Shown: positions 28,348-41,098 of the stretch, piece by piece
Numbering within the stretch: the stretch's first letter is position 1
Layout: each line of letters begins with the position of its first letter
Source of the DNA: Convolutriloba macropyga
Lineage: Eukaryota
Length of the DNA stretch: 64,000 bases
Direction of reading: 5' to 3'
Assembly (NCBI RefSeq): GCF_964194025.1
Contig: NC_134477.1
Coordinates: forward strand, 10,478,001-10,542,000
The notes under the pieces: model-generated
What the model was told of the DNA's origin: nothing
What the model saw: only the letters and a program-made list of their open reading frames with translations
Database searches by the model: none
Made by a program: the position numbers and the translations under genes

Positions 28348-29553
28348 CCCGGAGCGAGGTCGGGTTGGAGTCCAGTGCTGAATCATTAAATCTCCATTAT
28401 GTTTTTTTCCTGTCAAGAGTTCTGGTCATGGCACTTTTTACACTGTTCATTCTGGACAATTTAGCAAATTCTGTTTTCTTTCCTGTACAGTCTGATTTTT
28501 TTTTCACTTGCAAATTTCTGCTCAGTCTGTATTTTAGGATGACTAATCACTGGATTCTTGCTGATCATCATGCAACACAAGATGACTCATCGCTGGTTTT
28601 TTACTGTTCAGAATGAAAAAAAAACTGGTTTTTTACTGTTCATACTGTGCTCAAGTTTGACCTAATCTGAACTCTCTATGGTCATTCTGATCTGTAGGAA
28701 GTTCTACCAAAAGTCATAGAATAGGTTCAAAAGCTCTTTTTTCTATAAAAAATGACCTATTTCTGATAAAAATTAAATTGACGATAAAATAATGATAAGA
28801 TAATGAAAAATTGATTATGCGTTTTCAGTTTATTTAGTTTAACAGTGCTGTTAACTGGGCAGTTCATTTAACTGGGCAGTGCATTTAACTGGGCAGTGCA
28901 GTTTAATCTCTGTCCTGACCTTTATCATTCGTCGCGATCTCTATCTGTCGTGACCTGTATCATTCTCGAGTGAGTTCGAGGAAACTGTATCTGATATTGG
29001 CTGCGGCGAACCCGTCGAATCTCCGTTCAATGGGTCTTACAGCATCCAGAAGTGACACTACCTGCCACCTTTGGAGACTCGGCAATTTCTCCATGACATC
29101 AGATGAGCCACAAAAAGGTGAAAGCGTCCCGTTTTGACCAGACACAATGCAATTTGATGATTCATACATCTGAAACAAATCTGAGCAGCCAACAAGAGAA
29201 AATGAATGCAGAATATGAAACACCGAATAAGTTAAGAAGAGCTTGCAGAAAACTCAATGTTACACGATGTTACAGGGTACATTGTAAAACAGAATATGAC
29301 AGAGCACAACAGAGTTAGAACAGAGTAAGAACAGAGTACAACAGAGTAAAACACTTCAGAACGGACAAGGCAGGGAGCAGGTACGAATACATCTGGTCGC
29401 TGTTCAGTCGCTTGAACATTGATTCGAAGGGTTGAAACTTGCCAACATTGCTCACAGCATTCTCCAATTTTGTATTTGTAGTAAAAACTAAACCCCCTCC
29501 CCCACCAGCATTAAATCACTTTGCCCTGAATTGGACTGGGACTAGGCTCCGGG
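28348..29553. mobile_element. Non-autonomous DNA transposon, CCCGG termini, 2-bp TSD (CMC/EnSpm-like)
   Basis: TA|CCCGGAGC ... GCTCCGGG|TA. Oppositely oriented subterminal repeats (ACTGTT/TTCTG left, AACAGAGT right). Internal 16-bp repeat TTAACTGGGCAGTGCA. Confidence 0.65.
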
Positions 29554-32500
29554 TATATCTAGGAGTCAGAACTACATATTTCTGATAAGCAAAAATTAAT
29601 TTTTAAAGATTTTAATGGACGAACCCTTTTTGCAGCAAAACATTCATGCGGGTATGTCATCTCAGATATAACAGTGGACTTGAGTGAGAAATTGGCTATA
29701 TTAAGAATTCACAGGTCCTCTATAACTGTCTCTATATTTCAGGCATTTTCACCTGGGATTACAATAGTGATGTCATTGCAAATTACTGTAACACATAAGT
29801 CAGAGTAATTAATGTGCCTCCGTGCTTATTGTTCCAACCTCTCCCGTCTACCAAAAATTTACACCCCAAAAAATAATTGTTTCGATAATAATTCAAGAAA
29901 AAAAAACGATGATTGACATAAATTTCAAAACAAATTTAGAATTTAGCAAGTCAAGAATTTGGTTCAAGAACCTATTTTAAATTCTCAAAAAACTCCTCAA
30001 TAACTTTTTGAGAGTTTATGGAACAAGAAAAATACCGTGAAGGCATGTCGCTCAACGGATTTCGTTTTTTTTTAAGTTGTTGGGATAATGAAACATTTTC
30101 CTTAATTCATAAAAAACAGAAGAACCTAAGGTGTAGTATTCACGTCTCCCTAAATTGGTATCCCTTTTATATGTGTTTTTTTCTGCAAAATCCTATCACT
30201 AAAATTGAATCAAAGTTTTAAAAGAGTTAAAGATTAGCGAAACTTCCTATCACATCGACACAGATTATTCACAACAATTTTTTGTATACATTTGGCCTTT
30301 TAACTATAATGCGCAAAAATTCTACAAATCAAACATCAAATTTTATATAACTTTGACTCGCTGAGGTCGAACTAAACCTCAAATTTAAACAAAACAGAAT
30401 AAATAACTTGAAATGCACGAATTTAACTAATACTGACACAAGAATTCAAATTGTCTTTGCCTTATTTTTTGTAGCATTTCATGTTTCTGTTTTTTATCCT
30501 CACCGTTTTTTTGATAAAAAACAGCTTTAAACATCCAACACTTTTACGAACTCATCTGGCAGAAATATTTACTTGGTTTATTATTACCTAATTCGCATTC
30601 TTCCCAGATGCAGAATTTTTTTCTTGCTGAAAAAAAACTGAAACTGGATCTTTACAAGATCTTCCCAAATTATTTAGACAGAGGACTGTTGTTACAAGAT
30701 TGTATTGGGTACTACTGAACCGATAATGAAAGCAGAAAAATTTATTTAGGAAGTAAAGTAAAAAATTTTTATCTGAAGCAGAGAATTAAAAAAAATAATT
30801 CTCTCGCGAAATCTCTAAATCTCAAGAAAATTGAGAATTTGACATTTATGAAACAATGTTGAGAAATCAATTCAGTTTTACGAGTCTCAGTGGCTGTCTT
30901 TACTGTGAACTATTTTCTTTTTTCTAAGAGTATAGTCGAAAACAATAATTTAAACTCTTTTCTTTGAAAAATAGGTTTTTAATTTGTGCTAATTTCTCTT
31001 GGAAAACCTAGTAGTCTTTTTAGAAACTATTCTTTTAAACCAATTCAGGCAATGACCTAAAAGAGGATCGCGATAACTGGGTTTGCATGTTCACAGCATG
31101 TGAAATTACAAAGAAAAGTTACGTTTTCATTGGTAGCGTCAAATTAGAACTTCGCAAAAATTTCTCAGATAATTCAAAACCCATCATGGACTGTTCTGGT
31201 TTTTTATCAAGTTGGAAAGCAGTGGAGGACAAGCCTACAAAGGTGGTTAAGAATAGCACCAAATTTAGAAGTTATATAATTGTCTGCGTATTTTTATCAT
31301 TTGCCAGGGGAACAATTGGCGCTTTGTTGACCCAACGAGTTGAAAATGTTGTCATCATCATCTTTGCAGTGCTTGACTCTTTACTGCAAAACCAATTACG
31401 TAGCACACTATCTAATAAATTTTTATCTCTAAAACAGAAAAAAAGTTATTTGTTTTTTCTGATTTTAGCTATTGAATACTGAAAAGAAAAAAAATAACAA
31501 TTATCTTACGAAAATAGCCTGCTTTTGGGTTGAGTTTATCAATGGAAGCTTTCAAATTTTCAAAGGCAGCTTCAACTTGAAAAAAATGTCATAGCCAAAT
31601 AATTTTGGAAAAACGAAGATATAAGTTCAGGTATTAATTTCTGAGTTCCGAACAAAACGCTCAAATCATTCAATTCGTTTATTAAGCTATTAAATTGTGA
31701 TAAACGTGCCACTCTGTTATATCATCAGTTTATGTATTCACAAACACATTAGAGCTTTTAAAAACAAAATCAATTGCTCGCTCAAACACGTTTTCATTTT
31801 TTCAAAATTTCAATTGCCGCTTAATACATTGAAAGAGCCCAAACAAGATTTTTGGAAAAATTCTTGTGTTCCTTTAACGTTATCCAGTATAGCTCATAAG
31901 AAAACTATTCAGTAGTTCAGAAGATATTTTAATCAATTCAATCAAATAAAAATTGGCTTCAAGGAGTAAAATTTTAGGCAAAATTTTAGTCTGGATGATT
32001 CAGTACAACAAAGCGGGAGTTAATAAGATTTGCAGTTAAAGTAAAAGAAGTTGTTTTCTTTAAATCACAGGCGTAAGAAGACCTGCATAACTCTTCCTGC
32101 AGAACGTAGCGAAAAATTGAACAAACTAAAGCATATTGATTTACTATTGTTTTTCGTTTTAACGCCCGACTGATTAATAAAAAAGTGAAGCACATACGTA
32201 AATGTTTCCTTTTTTCTAAGGTGGCAAAAACAGAGATGAATCAACACATGATTGACCGGTGAATATGTTTTTTGAACCAATACCATTGTAATTACAAAAG
32301 TTCTTAACACAAAGCTTGAAGCAGAAATTTTATTTTTAATTGATTGAGCAGTTTCCTGACAATCGCTAAAAGTTTCTTTGAAGTATTAAAGAATTAAAGT
32401 TTATATTTTATACTAAAATTATTTAAAAATTTTTTGGTTTTTTTACGCCTTAAAAGATAGTGCTCGAAAGTTGTTGATTAGTCATACAAAGAAGCTCAGA

Positions 32501-33335
32501 AATTGATTCCTCGTTTCTTATCTGAGCTCGATTGGTTGAAATTGTTGGAAAAAAATTGACAAAAAAGTTTTTTTCTCGTTTTTAATTGTTCTGGCTGTTT
32601 GTCTTTGCCTTGCGCATTGATCAGTTTTGAGATATAAGCTTTTGTGGCTCAAAATTTCAAGGATTTGTGTTCTTGCTTTTTACTTTATTTTTCTACTTTA
32701 TACCAACACGGTATCCCTTATTTGTTGTTCTATTAGAAGTAAATTTGAAGTACGCAAATGTAAAAGAAATTGGCCCTAACTAAAAAAGTGACCAAAAAAT
32801 TGATAGTTATATTGCTTTATTCAGATGGAAAATCACTTGATGGAAAATATCAATTAGCTTAGAGTTCTTGCATTTGGAAAAAAATCACAATGTTAAGCTT
32901 TATGGGAATAAAATTTCGGTTTTATAAATTTACGCTAGCTATTGAAATATTTGGAAATGTAACAGAGTATTTCAATCAAATCTTCGAAAATTGTTTTGCT
33001 TGGTTCGAACAAAAAGGTTTATTTGACTTGCCAGAAGGTTTTATTTCGTGCTGTTACAGTAATATGTCAGCTAAATAATATGATGTATTGGGAGTGATCA
33101 GAGAATTTTGACATGGAATATTTAGTTAATGCTAAAAGAGTTGCATTTCTTGTCGCACTTGATTGTGAAAAAGCCAATGAGGAACAAATTTTTATCTCAA
33201 AGTTATGTTTCTAAAAAGCGTTTGCAAGTTTGATTTGTTCTTCAATTCCAACAAGGCGAATCGTGATAATGTGCACAGCACATTATGTTCCGACTCCCCC
33301 CCCCTCAACCACTTCGAACGCCCTCCACGCCCGAT

Positions 33336-33338
<3 letters not shown>

Positions 33339-33368
<30 letters not shown>

Positions 33369-33390
33369 GTGTGTGCGTGTGTGTGTTTGG
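33339..33390. repeat. (GT)n microsatellite
   Basis: TG dinucleotide run, degenerate at the 3' side. Confidence 0.9.
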
Positions 33391-34132
33391 GTATGTAAGT
33401 GTTTTTGTGTATGTATGTTTTTTTGGGGGGATGATATTTAGTACTTTTGTGGACACCGATTTTTTTCCCAACAACATAACTTCTGTTGACTTCTATAGAT
33501 TCTGAAGAGCAAAAAATTCTTTGTCGCTGCAATTTTTGACTTGGCGCAAAATCATCAGCAGCAAAACTGAATTTCTGACAAGCCCTTCTTTGATGTGCGG
33601 TAACATAAACCAATGCATATTATTAATAAGAAAACCTGGGGCAATAAAATATAGATATTTTTTGAGTTCTTTCTGAAAAACAAGACAATTGGAATATTAA
33701 CAATAAAAGCTTTCAGGCAGAAGAAAAAAATTCGTTCTTAAATGGTCACTTTGACACCACGAAAATGTCAATATGATAACTAAAAAAATATATTACCTGA
33801 ACAGGGATTTTTCAAAAAAATACTTATAAAATTTTAGCCTAATTGTTGTGATAAACTTATTGAATAGTCTGGACAAATTTACAAAATGTGTATTTTCAGA
33901 TCAAATTGAGCTAGGGACTTGAACAAAACATATCCGCCGGTGCCAGCATTGGTTCCACAGGATTATATTCCAAAGACCCGTCGTTCCTAGCTTGACGGGA
34001 ACTTTTTGTTGCTGTATCTTTTCTGCGTCGTCGGTGCCAGTATTGGTTCCATAGACACTACCAGTCTTTTCATCCACTTAAGCCGCCGGTGCCAGTATTG
34101 GTTCCATAGGCTATTTATTAAATAAAATCTTA

Positions 34133-34801
34133 ATGCCTCCGCGAACTCGTAACAATATCGGTTCCCCCAGCGATGATCTAGTTGAAAAATTAATAGCATG
34201 CACGACTACGAATTGTCCTGTACATACAAAAGTTTTGGTGCCCGCTAATTTTGGCCGCTCTCAACCTTTCACTTGCGGTTTTTGCTGTGCTTCTAATCAG
34301 TTGAAACATTCAAAATCGTACTCTGAAGCGGTTACGAATTCCTTGAAAAATGAGCAGCAGACTCGAGCAACACTGTTTGCTGAAATTGAGCAAGAGCAAT
34401 CACGTAAAGATGCAAAAAGATTAAATTTAGTCTTAAAAGGGACAAAGCCATCTGAGAACTGTACTGGCTACGATATTGTTGAAAAAATTGGAAATCCAAT
34501 TGATGTATCTATCGTGTCATCTGATGTTCAATGTAAATGGATTGGAAAACCACAGCGTGATACAGGAAATCAGTTATTGCTTCTCAAGTTTAAAGAAATG
34601 ATAAAACGAAATCAGTTTCTGCGTAAGTCAGTAGCATTGAGGGATTGTGAGAATTTCGATTGTGTATATGTGTCACCAGACTTAACTAAAGCTGAGAGAG
34701 TACAGCAGTACAATTTCCGATTGCAGAAACGTCAACTTGAAAGTCAAAATCCTGCAAACATATACAAAAATTGTCGTGGTCATGTACAACAACAGAATTG
34801 A
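34133..34801 (+). CDS. LINE ORF1 protein (Cys-rich N-terminus, coiled coil, RRM/CTD-like)
   Basis: Intact 222-aa ORF. RLNLVLKG, LLLLKF and VYVSPDLTKAER are typical of CR1/L2 ORF1p. Confidence 0.85.
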   Translation: MPPRTRNNIGSPSDDLVEKLIACTTTNCPVHTKVLVPANFGRSQPFTCGFCCASNQLKHSKSYSEAVTNSLKNEQQTRATLFAEIEQEQSRKDAKRLNLVLKGTKPSENCTGYDIVEKIGNPIDVSIVSSDVQCKWIGKPQRDTGNQLLLLKFKEMIKRNQFLRKSVALRDCENFDCVYVSPDLTKAERVQQYNFRLQKRQLESQNPANIYKNCRGHVQQQN

Positions 34802-37667
34802 CTACAGACGAAATGCTCCTCTCAAATTTCGATCCTCCTTCCTAACGTTCAGAGCATTCTATCGATTGAGAGAAGACTAAACTTTTGCCAGCTCTTAAGC
34901 TTATTTTCAGCCTCTGTTGTCTGTCTGACAAAAACATGGCTTGATGATTCGGTCAGTGATAATGGAGTTTTCGCAGCTCACCCTTATACAGTCGTTCTGC
35001 AATCAGATCGAACGGCCGGCCATCATGGTGGAATCCTAGTAGCCATGAGTACCGCTTTCTTGGGTACTATTAGCCTAATTTATTATTCAAAGTGTGATTA
35101 ATTTTGTGTTCTTGTCTTAAGTAACCAGACTCTTACTCTCTGCATTATACTTGCATATCTACCGCCTCGAGGATCGGAGTTTTATGTCAAACCTGGTGTT
35201 ACAGAAGACAAATTGCGAAGTGTTTTGGCCGATGTGGAGGCAAGCCTGTGCTGTGATCAACGCAAAGTTGTCCAGTGGATTCTACTTGGTGATTTTAACT
35301 TTCCCAAAGTACGCTAGGAGTCGATCTCTTCGCCTCATTCTGACGAGCAAAAATTGTTAGAATTTTTATGCAACGATTTATTGCTAACACAAATTATTGA
35401 TTTGCCTACTCATAAGTTTTGAAATATTTTGGATCTAATTTTTTGCTCCCATCCCAAAAAATGGGACTTCAATATTGTAGAGCGATTGTGCTCAGATCAT
35501 TATCCTATTCTTTTAACAAATGTTGACCTAGATTACCAATATGCAAGTGGGCACGCTTATACGATCAGTTCTTTTAACGAGGCTAAATTTTCTTCGCATC
35601 TAACACTCTCACGATCTTTCGCTCAGGAATGCCACAACTTGAATCCTGATTTCCTATCAACAATCTATCGTAAAGTATTTTGCGCTCTCAATCAAAGTCT
35701 TAACAGAAAACGGAGAAAACGCTTCGAAGCTCCATTCTATTATTCATCGCAGACAATGCATTGTTTAAACAAACTAAATACAGCTCGAAAACATCAAAAA
35801 AATACAGTTGAATGCCTCAAAAAGGAGCTAATGGTTCTTATTGACATGGACAAGCAGGTCTTGTTGAACAGTGTACAGAGGTTTAATACAAATGGAGCGT
35901 TTGCTATGTTGAAAAGTTTAAATGGTAGTAGTTTCTTCCCTAAAAAAATGTTCTACAAAACGAGGTGTCTTTTGAAGGCTCAGTGAAAGCAAATCTTTTC
36001 AACAAATTTTTTCAATCAGTTTTTCAACCGAAAACTGAAATACGATTGAATGACCTCGTGTGCGGCAATGAGATCAAGTTATCTGATGTTCAGTTCAGCC
36101 CTGACGAAATTCAAAATTACCTTTTAAGGGTCCCCAGTAGCGCGACTCCTGCTTTTGATGATATACCGCCGACTATTTTAAGTAAATCGGCACATACATT
36201 AGCACCATTCGTCCATCTTGTTTTCACATATATTATTCGTTCACAATTTTGGCCCGAGAATTGGAAATGTGCCTATATTACTCCTATTCACAAAAAAGGA
36301 CCTCGAGCAGACGTTGAAAATTATCGGCCTATCTCAATACTCCCGAGGTTATCTTTAGTTTTAGAGAAAATTCTATTTCTGTTTATTTATCCAAAGATTA
36401 AAGATCGGCTGAATCCTAGACAACATGGATTTCGTGCAAAACATTCTACAGTTACGCAATTGCTCACATTTCTGCATGAGTTATATCTGAATTTTGACGG
36501 AAACGTGGAACAAGTTGTTGTTTATTTAGATTTCAGCAAAGCTTTTGATTGTGTGGACCACTCCACGCTGCTTTCGAAAATTATTCAATTTCGTTTTGAC
36601 GAAAATTTTGTAAAACTTATTAATTCTTATTTATCATCTAGACGTCAATGTGTTAAATTAGATGGTGTTATTATCAGAGAGCCTTCCAGTTACTAGTGGT
36701 GTTCCTCAGGGAAGCGTGTTGGGTCCGCTTTTCTTTTTTGTTTTTCTTGATGATATGATTGACGTACCCGAAGTATCAAAAGTTATCTGCTACGCTGACG
36801 ACACGAAATTGCTCTGCCATGGTGAACTCTGCTTGAATAGTGCTCAAAATGATCTAAGCTCGTTGCGGTTATGGGCTTATTGTAACTATTTGTCTTTTAA
36901 TTCAGCTAAAAGAGGTTATTTACATATTAGTAGAATGTCATTGGATAATATACTTCTTGGTGATGTCGAGATTCCTTCGCTTGATAATATTACGGATCTG
37001 GGAATTGAGGTATCCAAAACGTTGAAATGGAGTCTTCCTATTCAAACAAAAATAGTAAAAGCTTGTCGATCGTTCAATTACTTGAAGCACAGTGTTCCAT
37101 TCAACCTCCCATCTGGAGTTAAATTCAATTTATTCGAGGCATGTGTTTTATCGGTTCTTCTATATGGATACATTGCTTGGTTTCCTGAAATTTCTGATCT
37201 ACGGAAGTTAGAGCAGCTCAATATCCATTGGCCTGCGTTGGTGCTTTGGTTACAATGACTACTCCTCCCTGCTAAAATTATCCAACTCTCTGCCAATATG
37301 CTATCAACTCATCGAGCGTGACATACGTGTTTTTACGGCAATCATAAACAACGAGAATTGCATATCTTTTGACAAATTCTTCAACTTGGACTCAAAGGAT
37401 TTAAACCTACAAGCACTTGATCGTGAACGTCTGGCGCTCACACGAGCTAAGAAAAGATGTACGGAAAAATCGTTTTTCTTCAGAGTTGAACGTATTATAA
37501 ATGACGCCGCGGATTTACTTAATGTCAGCATCAATTTTTTCAAGGATACTTGCAAATCCAAAACGGCAACTCAAAATCTACTAATGGCAATGAGAAATGA
37601 TAAATATGATTTTGACTTATCTTGCACGTGGTACCTTAGGTGTAGATGTAGTTTCTGTATAGCATGA
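34802..37667 (+). pseudogene. LINE ORF2 (AP endonuclease + reverse transcriptase) with stops and frameshifts
   Basis: APE: NVQS, CLTKTWL, DR..GG, YLPP, LGDFNFP, LDLIF, SDH. RT: NYRPISIL, QHGFR, YLDFSKAFD, GVPQGSVLGP, YADD. C-terminal CRCSFC. Three in-frame stops before 35429; frameshifts near 35970, 36670 and 37230. Confidence 0.92.
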
Positions 37668-38444
37668 CTCTCTGTTTAATTAATGTTTTCTAGCTGTTAC
37701 ATAATTTATATCATTTTTATTTTTGTTATACCATTTGTATCATCATCCTTGTTTATACCCTCAGAAGNNNNNNNNNNNNNNNNNNNNNNNNNNNNNNNNN
37801 NNNNNNNNNNNNNNNNNNNNNNNNNNNNNNNNNNNNNNNNNNNNNNNNNNNNNNNNNNNNNNNNNNNNNNNNNNNNNNNNNNNNNNNNNNNNNNNNNNNN
37901 NNNNNNCAAATATGAAATAAAGGCACGGTTGGCAACAAATANNNNNNNNNNNNNNNNNNNNNNNNNNNNNNNNNNNNNNNNNNNNNNNNNNNNNNNNNNN
38001 NNNNNNNNNNNNNNNNNNNNNNNNNNNNNNNNNNNNNNNNNNNNNNNNNNNNNNNNNNNNNNNNNNNNNNNNNNNNNNNNNNNNNNNNNNNNNNNNNNNN
38101 NNNNNNNNNNNNNNNNNNNNNNNNNNNNNNNNNNNNNNNNNNNNNNNNNNNNNNNNNNNNNNNNNGTTTCAATGATATGACACATGCTTTTATCGGAAAA
38201 AAGAAAAAAAAACCGAAAAAGTGAACAAAAGCGCCAGAATGATCTCAAAACTTTGGAGCTCGATAACTCCCTGAAAAAATGAATTTTGAAAAAATCTTTT
38301 TAATTCTATAATCTACGCTGGACGGTCTTTTTAATGATACCACTCATAAGCTTCTACGATGAGTATATCGATCGGCGAAAATTCACGGAACAAAAAAACC
38401 CGTTTGAGTATATAGTTCCTCCCCCCATATGATGGGGTCAGAAC

Positions 38445-41098
38445 AACAAGGCGGACCAGTGATGTGCGATTGCACATAAGGTTCAGACACCGCTCATCCA
38501 CAATTTTGGCATAATTGTCTACCAAATGAGGAATAGATGGAAGAACACAAAAAAGTCAAGTATTTTTCAAAAAAAACTGGTGTGTGAACGAAAAGATAGC
38601 CTCCAAAGTAAAAACTCAGTGGAGTAAGAAATGATGCATTAAATTTGACAAGAAGTGCCGATATTAAGAAAGCAAGCGAAGACGAAGGACAAAATCAAAC
38701 AACAACAACAACAACAAACATTTATTACATCAAAAAAATTATATCCGAGTTAAAAAAAACAAAACTTAATAACAAAGTTAAAAGAGCGTCAGATAAAACT
38801 GAAAATAAACAAAACAACTTGTAATTCACCAAAAAAATGATTATTCACCAGTTCTTAAAAAAGCTTGGTAACAATTAGACAAAAAAGAAAAGAAACTTTA
38901 AAGTTACTTTAAAGTTAAAAAAACAATTTATTTCAAACTAATGAAAACCATTAGGAATCAATTAATATATCCCACAAGTTTACAATGACCAATGCTTCTA
39001 AAGAAATGAATTAAGAGCTCTCGGTATTCAAATTTTATGCAGTTACAAAAAGAACAACAAATAGACAACAAACCAAAAATCAATTAAAATTTGCCAGAAA
39101 ATGCTTTGGAAGCCGTAAAGCCATACTTTGGCCCCCAAAACATGTTCGATTGCACCTTGGTCGAACACCGATAATGCATTATTTGGCCGCTCATTATTGA
39201 AAATAAGCAACAATAAGACAAAACGGAAAAAAATGCAAAATTATGTAAAACTTGTTTTTTTTCGAAAAAAATTTATGTCCAAAGACATAAAAGCCATTAA
39301 ATATAAAATGAAAAAACTGTATAGGTTCGTCAATTCTTCCAAAGAAAGCCCTTGAGACCTTCAATTATCCAGAATATGTCTTACGTCTACAAAAAGAACG
39401 TCAAATATGACAAAAATCAAAAATTCATTTTTTTTGTGAAAAACCCGTAAGGAAGCCAGTAAAGTCATAACGAATTCTTTTAAAAAAACAGATTTTGTGG
39501 CACCAATCCCTTTTGACACCTTCCCTTGACAAAAATAATGTCATTTTTAACCTTTAATTAACGAGACCAGGTAACAAACAGACAATAAAAGGAACAAAAT
39601 TGCGAAGTTGAATTGTTTTTTTTTCATTTTGGAAAACAATTGTTTTCAAAGTCATGAAAGCCATTATCTATTTTCTAATATCCAAACATCGGCTCATCTA
39701 ATCTTCCAGGAAAAGCCGATCAAACCGGGTCATTGTACAGGAAATCAAATACGACTAAAAAGACAACGTAGAAACGACAGTTAAAGATAAAATTAAAAGT
39801 TTCAATTAAATTCTTCGAGACTTTACTGTCGAAGCGTTAAAGAACCACAATCTATATCTTTAAGGATTTGAATAATATCATTGTTGCGTTATTTTGAACG
39901 CGAAAAAGTTGATATACAAACGGACAATAACGTGATAATTTGACAAAACTAGAAAACATGAAAAATGGGCAAATACCTAAAAATAAAAAACATTGTGAAA
40001 TCTAGTAGTATCGAATCCAGAACACCATAACCTAAGGCATAAAACCGCAATAAAGACTGAATTTGAATTCAGCAGAAAGAAGGAGCACTCTTTGACTGCT
40101 GACACTAAGCGACAAGTTGTCCAAGTTGAGAGAAATATGGAGGCAAAGTTCAAAAAGCCATTTTTTATTTAAAAATCAAATATTCTAAAAGTCAAAACGA
40201 CCATAAGCTTTCAGACAATCAAGTAGATAAATAGGTTCCTAATTAGGAAACCAATAGGACCTATTACTAGTGAGCTTTGATTTGAAATGTTCCGTTATTC
40301 AATTAACATAAAAAAGAACGATTTTTTTTATAAAGAACCGACTGATGACAATCCGACGAATTTTTTTTGGGTTGTAACGGTCCAAGATTGGAACAGAAGT
40401 AGCCCTGCTAGTGTTGATTGTCAATTAGGAATATTTAATTTTCGGAATGTCATAGATATAGATATTTTGTTGTTCAAAAAATCGAAAATAAATGCTGCGT
40501 TTTTGATAATAAACGAATAAAGTTATCGAAAAAGGACAATGTTTCAATTACAGAGCACTCTCAAGGGAAGTTGAAGTAGAATTAGCCCATTTTTCAGTCT
40601 ATAAAGATTGTGTTTGTGGTGTTTTTAGTGTGCACTTCCTGCAAATTTGATCAGAGTGGACTAAAGAAACTTATTTCGTGCTGTTTTTGATGAAAAAGTC
40701 TGATTTTTGTTAAATATTTAGCCGGAATTTGTGACAAAAAAATTCAATGGAAATAGCCGACAATATATTTTGTCTTAAAACGTAAAATCAACAACATATT
40801 CTTGAAAAAACTTATTAAATTTTATCAAAATTGGCGAAATTTTAGTGAAAAATTTCGAAAAATGTGAATGAAATCTACGGAATTCACTCTATTTTCTCGA
40901 AAGTTTAAACCTCGATATCTCCCTGTCAAAAACGAAAATCAAAAAATCTTCTAATTCCATATTCTACGCTGGACAAGCTTTCTAATGATACCAGTCTCAA
41001 CTCTCTACGATGAATATATCGGTCGGCCAAAATTGACTGAACAAAAAAAAACCCATTTGAGTATATAGTTCCTCCCCCCTCAAGAGGAGTCGGAACAA
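38445..41098 (-). mobile_element. HINE copy D (minus strand), full length ~2.65 kb
   Basis: Minus-strand 5' TTGTTCCGACTCC...GGAACTATATACTCA at 41098. 3' GATGAGCGG, TGTCTGAAC, TGTGC-AATC-GCACA, CGCCTTGTT at 38445. Confidence 0.75.

Larger units (their letters stand above)
33897..37941 (+). mobile_element. Near full-length non-LTR retrotransposon, CR1/L2 group (APE-RT), degenerate; boundaries approximate
   Basis: 5' UTR with repeats, ORF1, APE endonuclease and RT motifs, short 3' UTR with AATAAA at ~37916 between gaps. Confidence 0.9.
33250..38446 (-). mobile_element. HINE copy E (minus strand), apparently interrupted by the LINE
   Basis: Minus-strand 5' end TTGTTCTGACCCC...GGAACTATATACTCA at 38446. 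Minus-strand 3' end GTCGGAACA, TAATGTGC-TGT-GCACATTA, GCCTTGTT at 33250, preceded by (CA)n. Pairing the two ends is inferred. Confidence 0.55.

Noticed and set aside
31087-31482. 131-aa ORF
   Set aside because: Intron-like composition, no domain motif, and no splice sites that fit the exon chain.
33934-34110. Three ~25-bp direct repeats with unique spacers (CRISPR-like)
   Set aside because: Spacer lengths are very unequal and the repeats lie directly upstream of LINE ORF1, so they are 5' UTR repeats.
40335-40365. CTGATGA...CGAA resembling a hammerhead ribozyme core
   Set aside because: No stem II pairing and no GAAA or flanking stems I/III.
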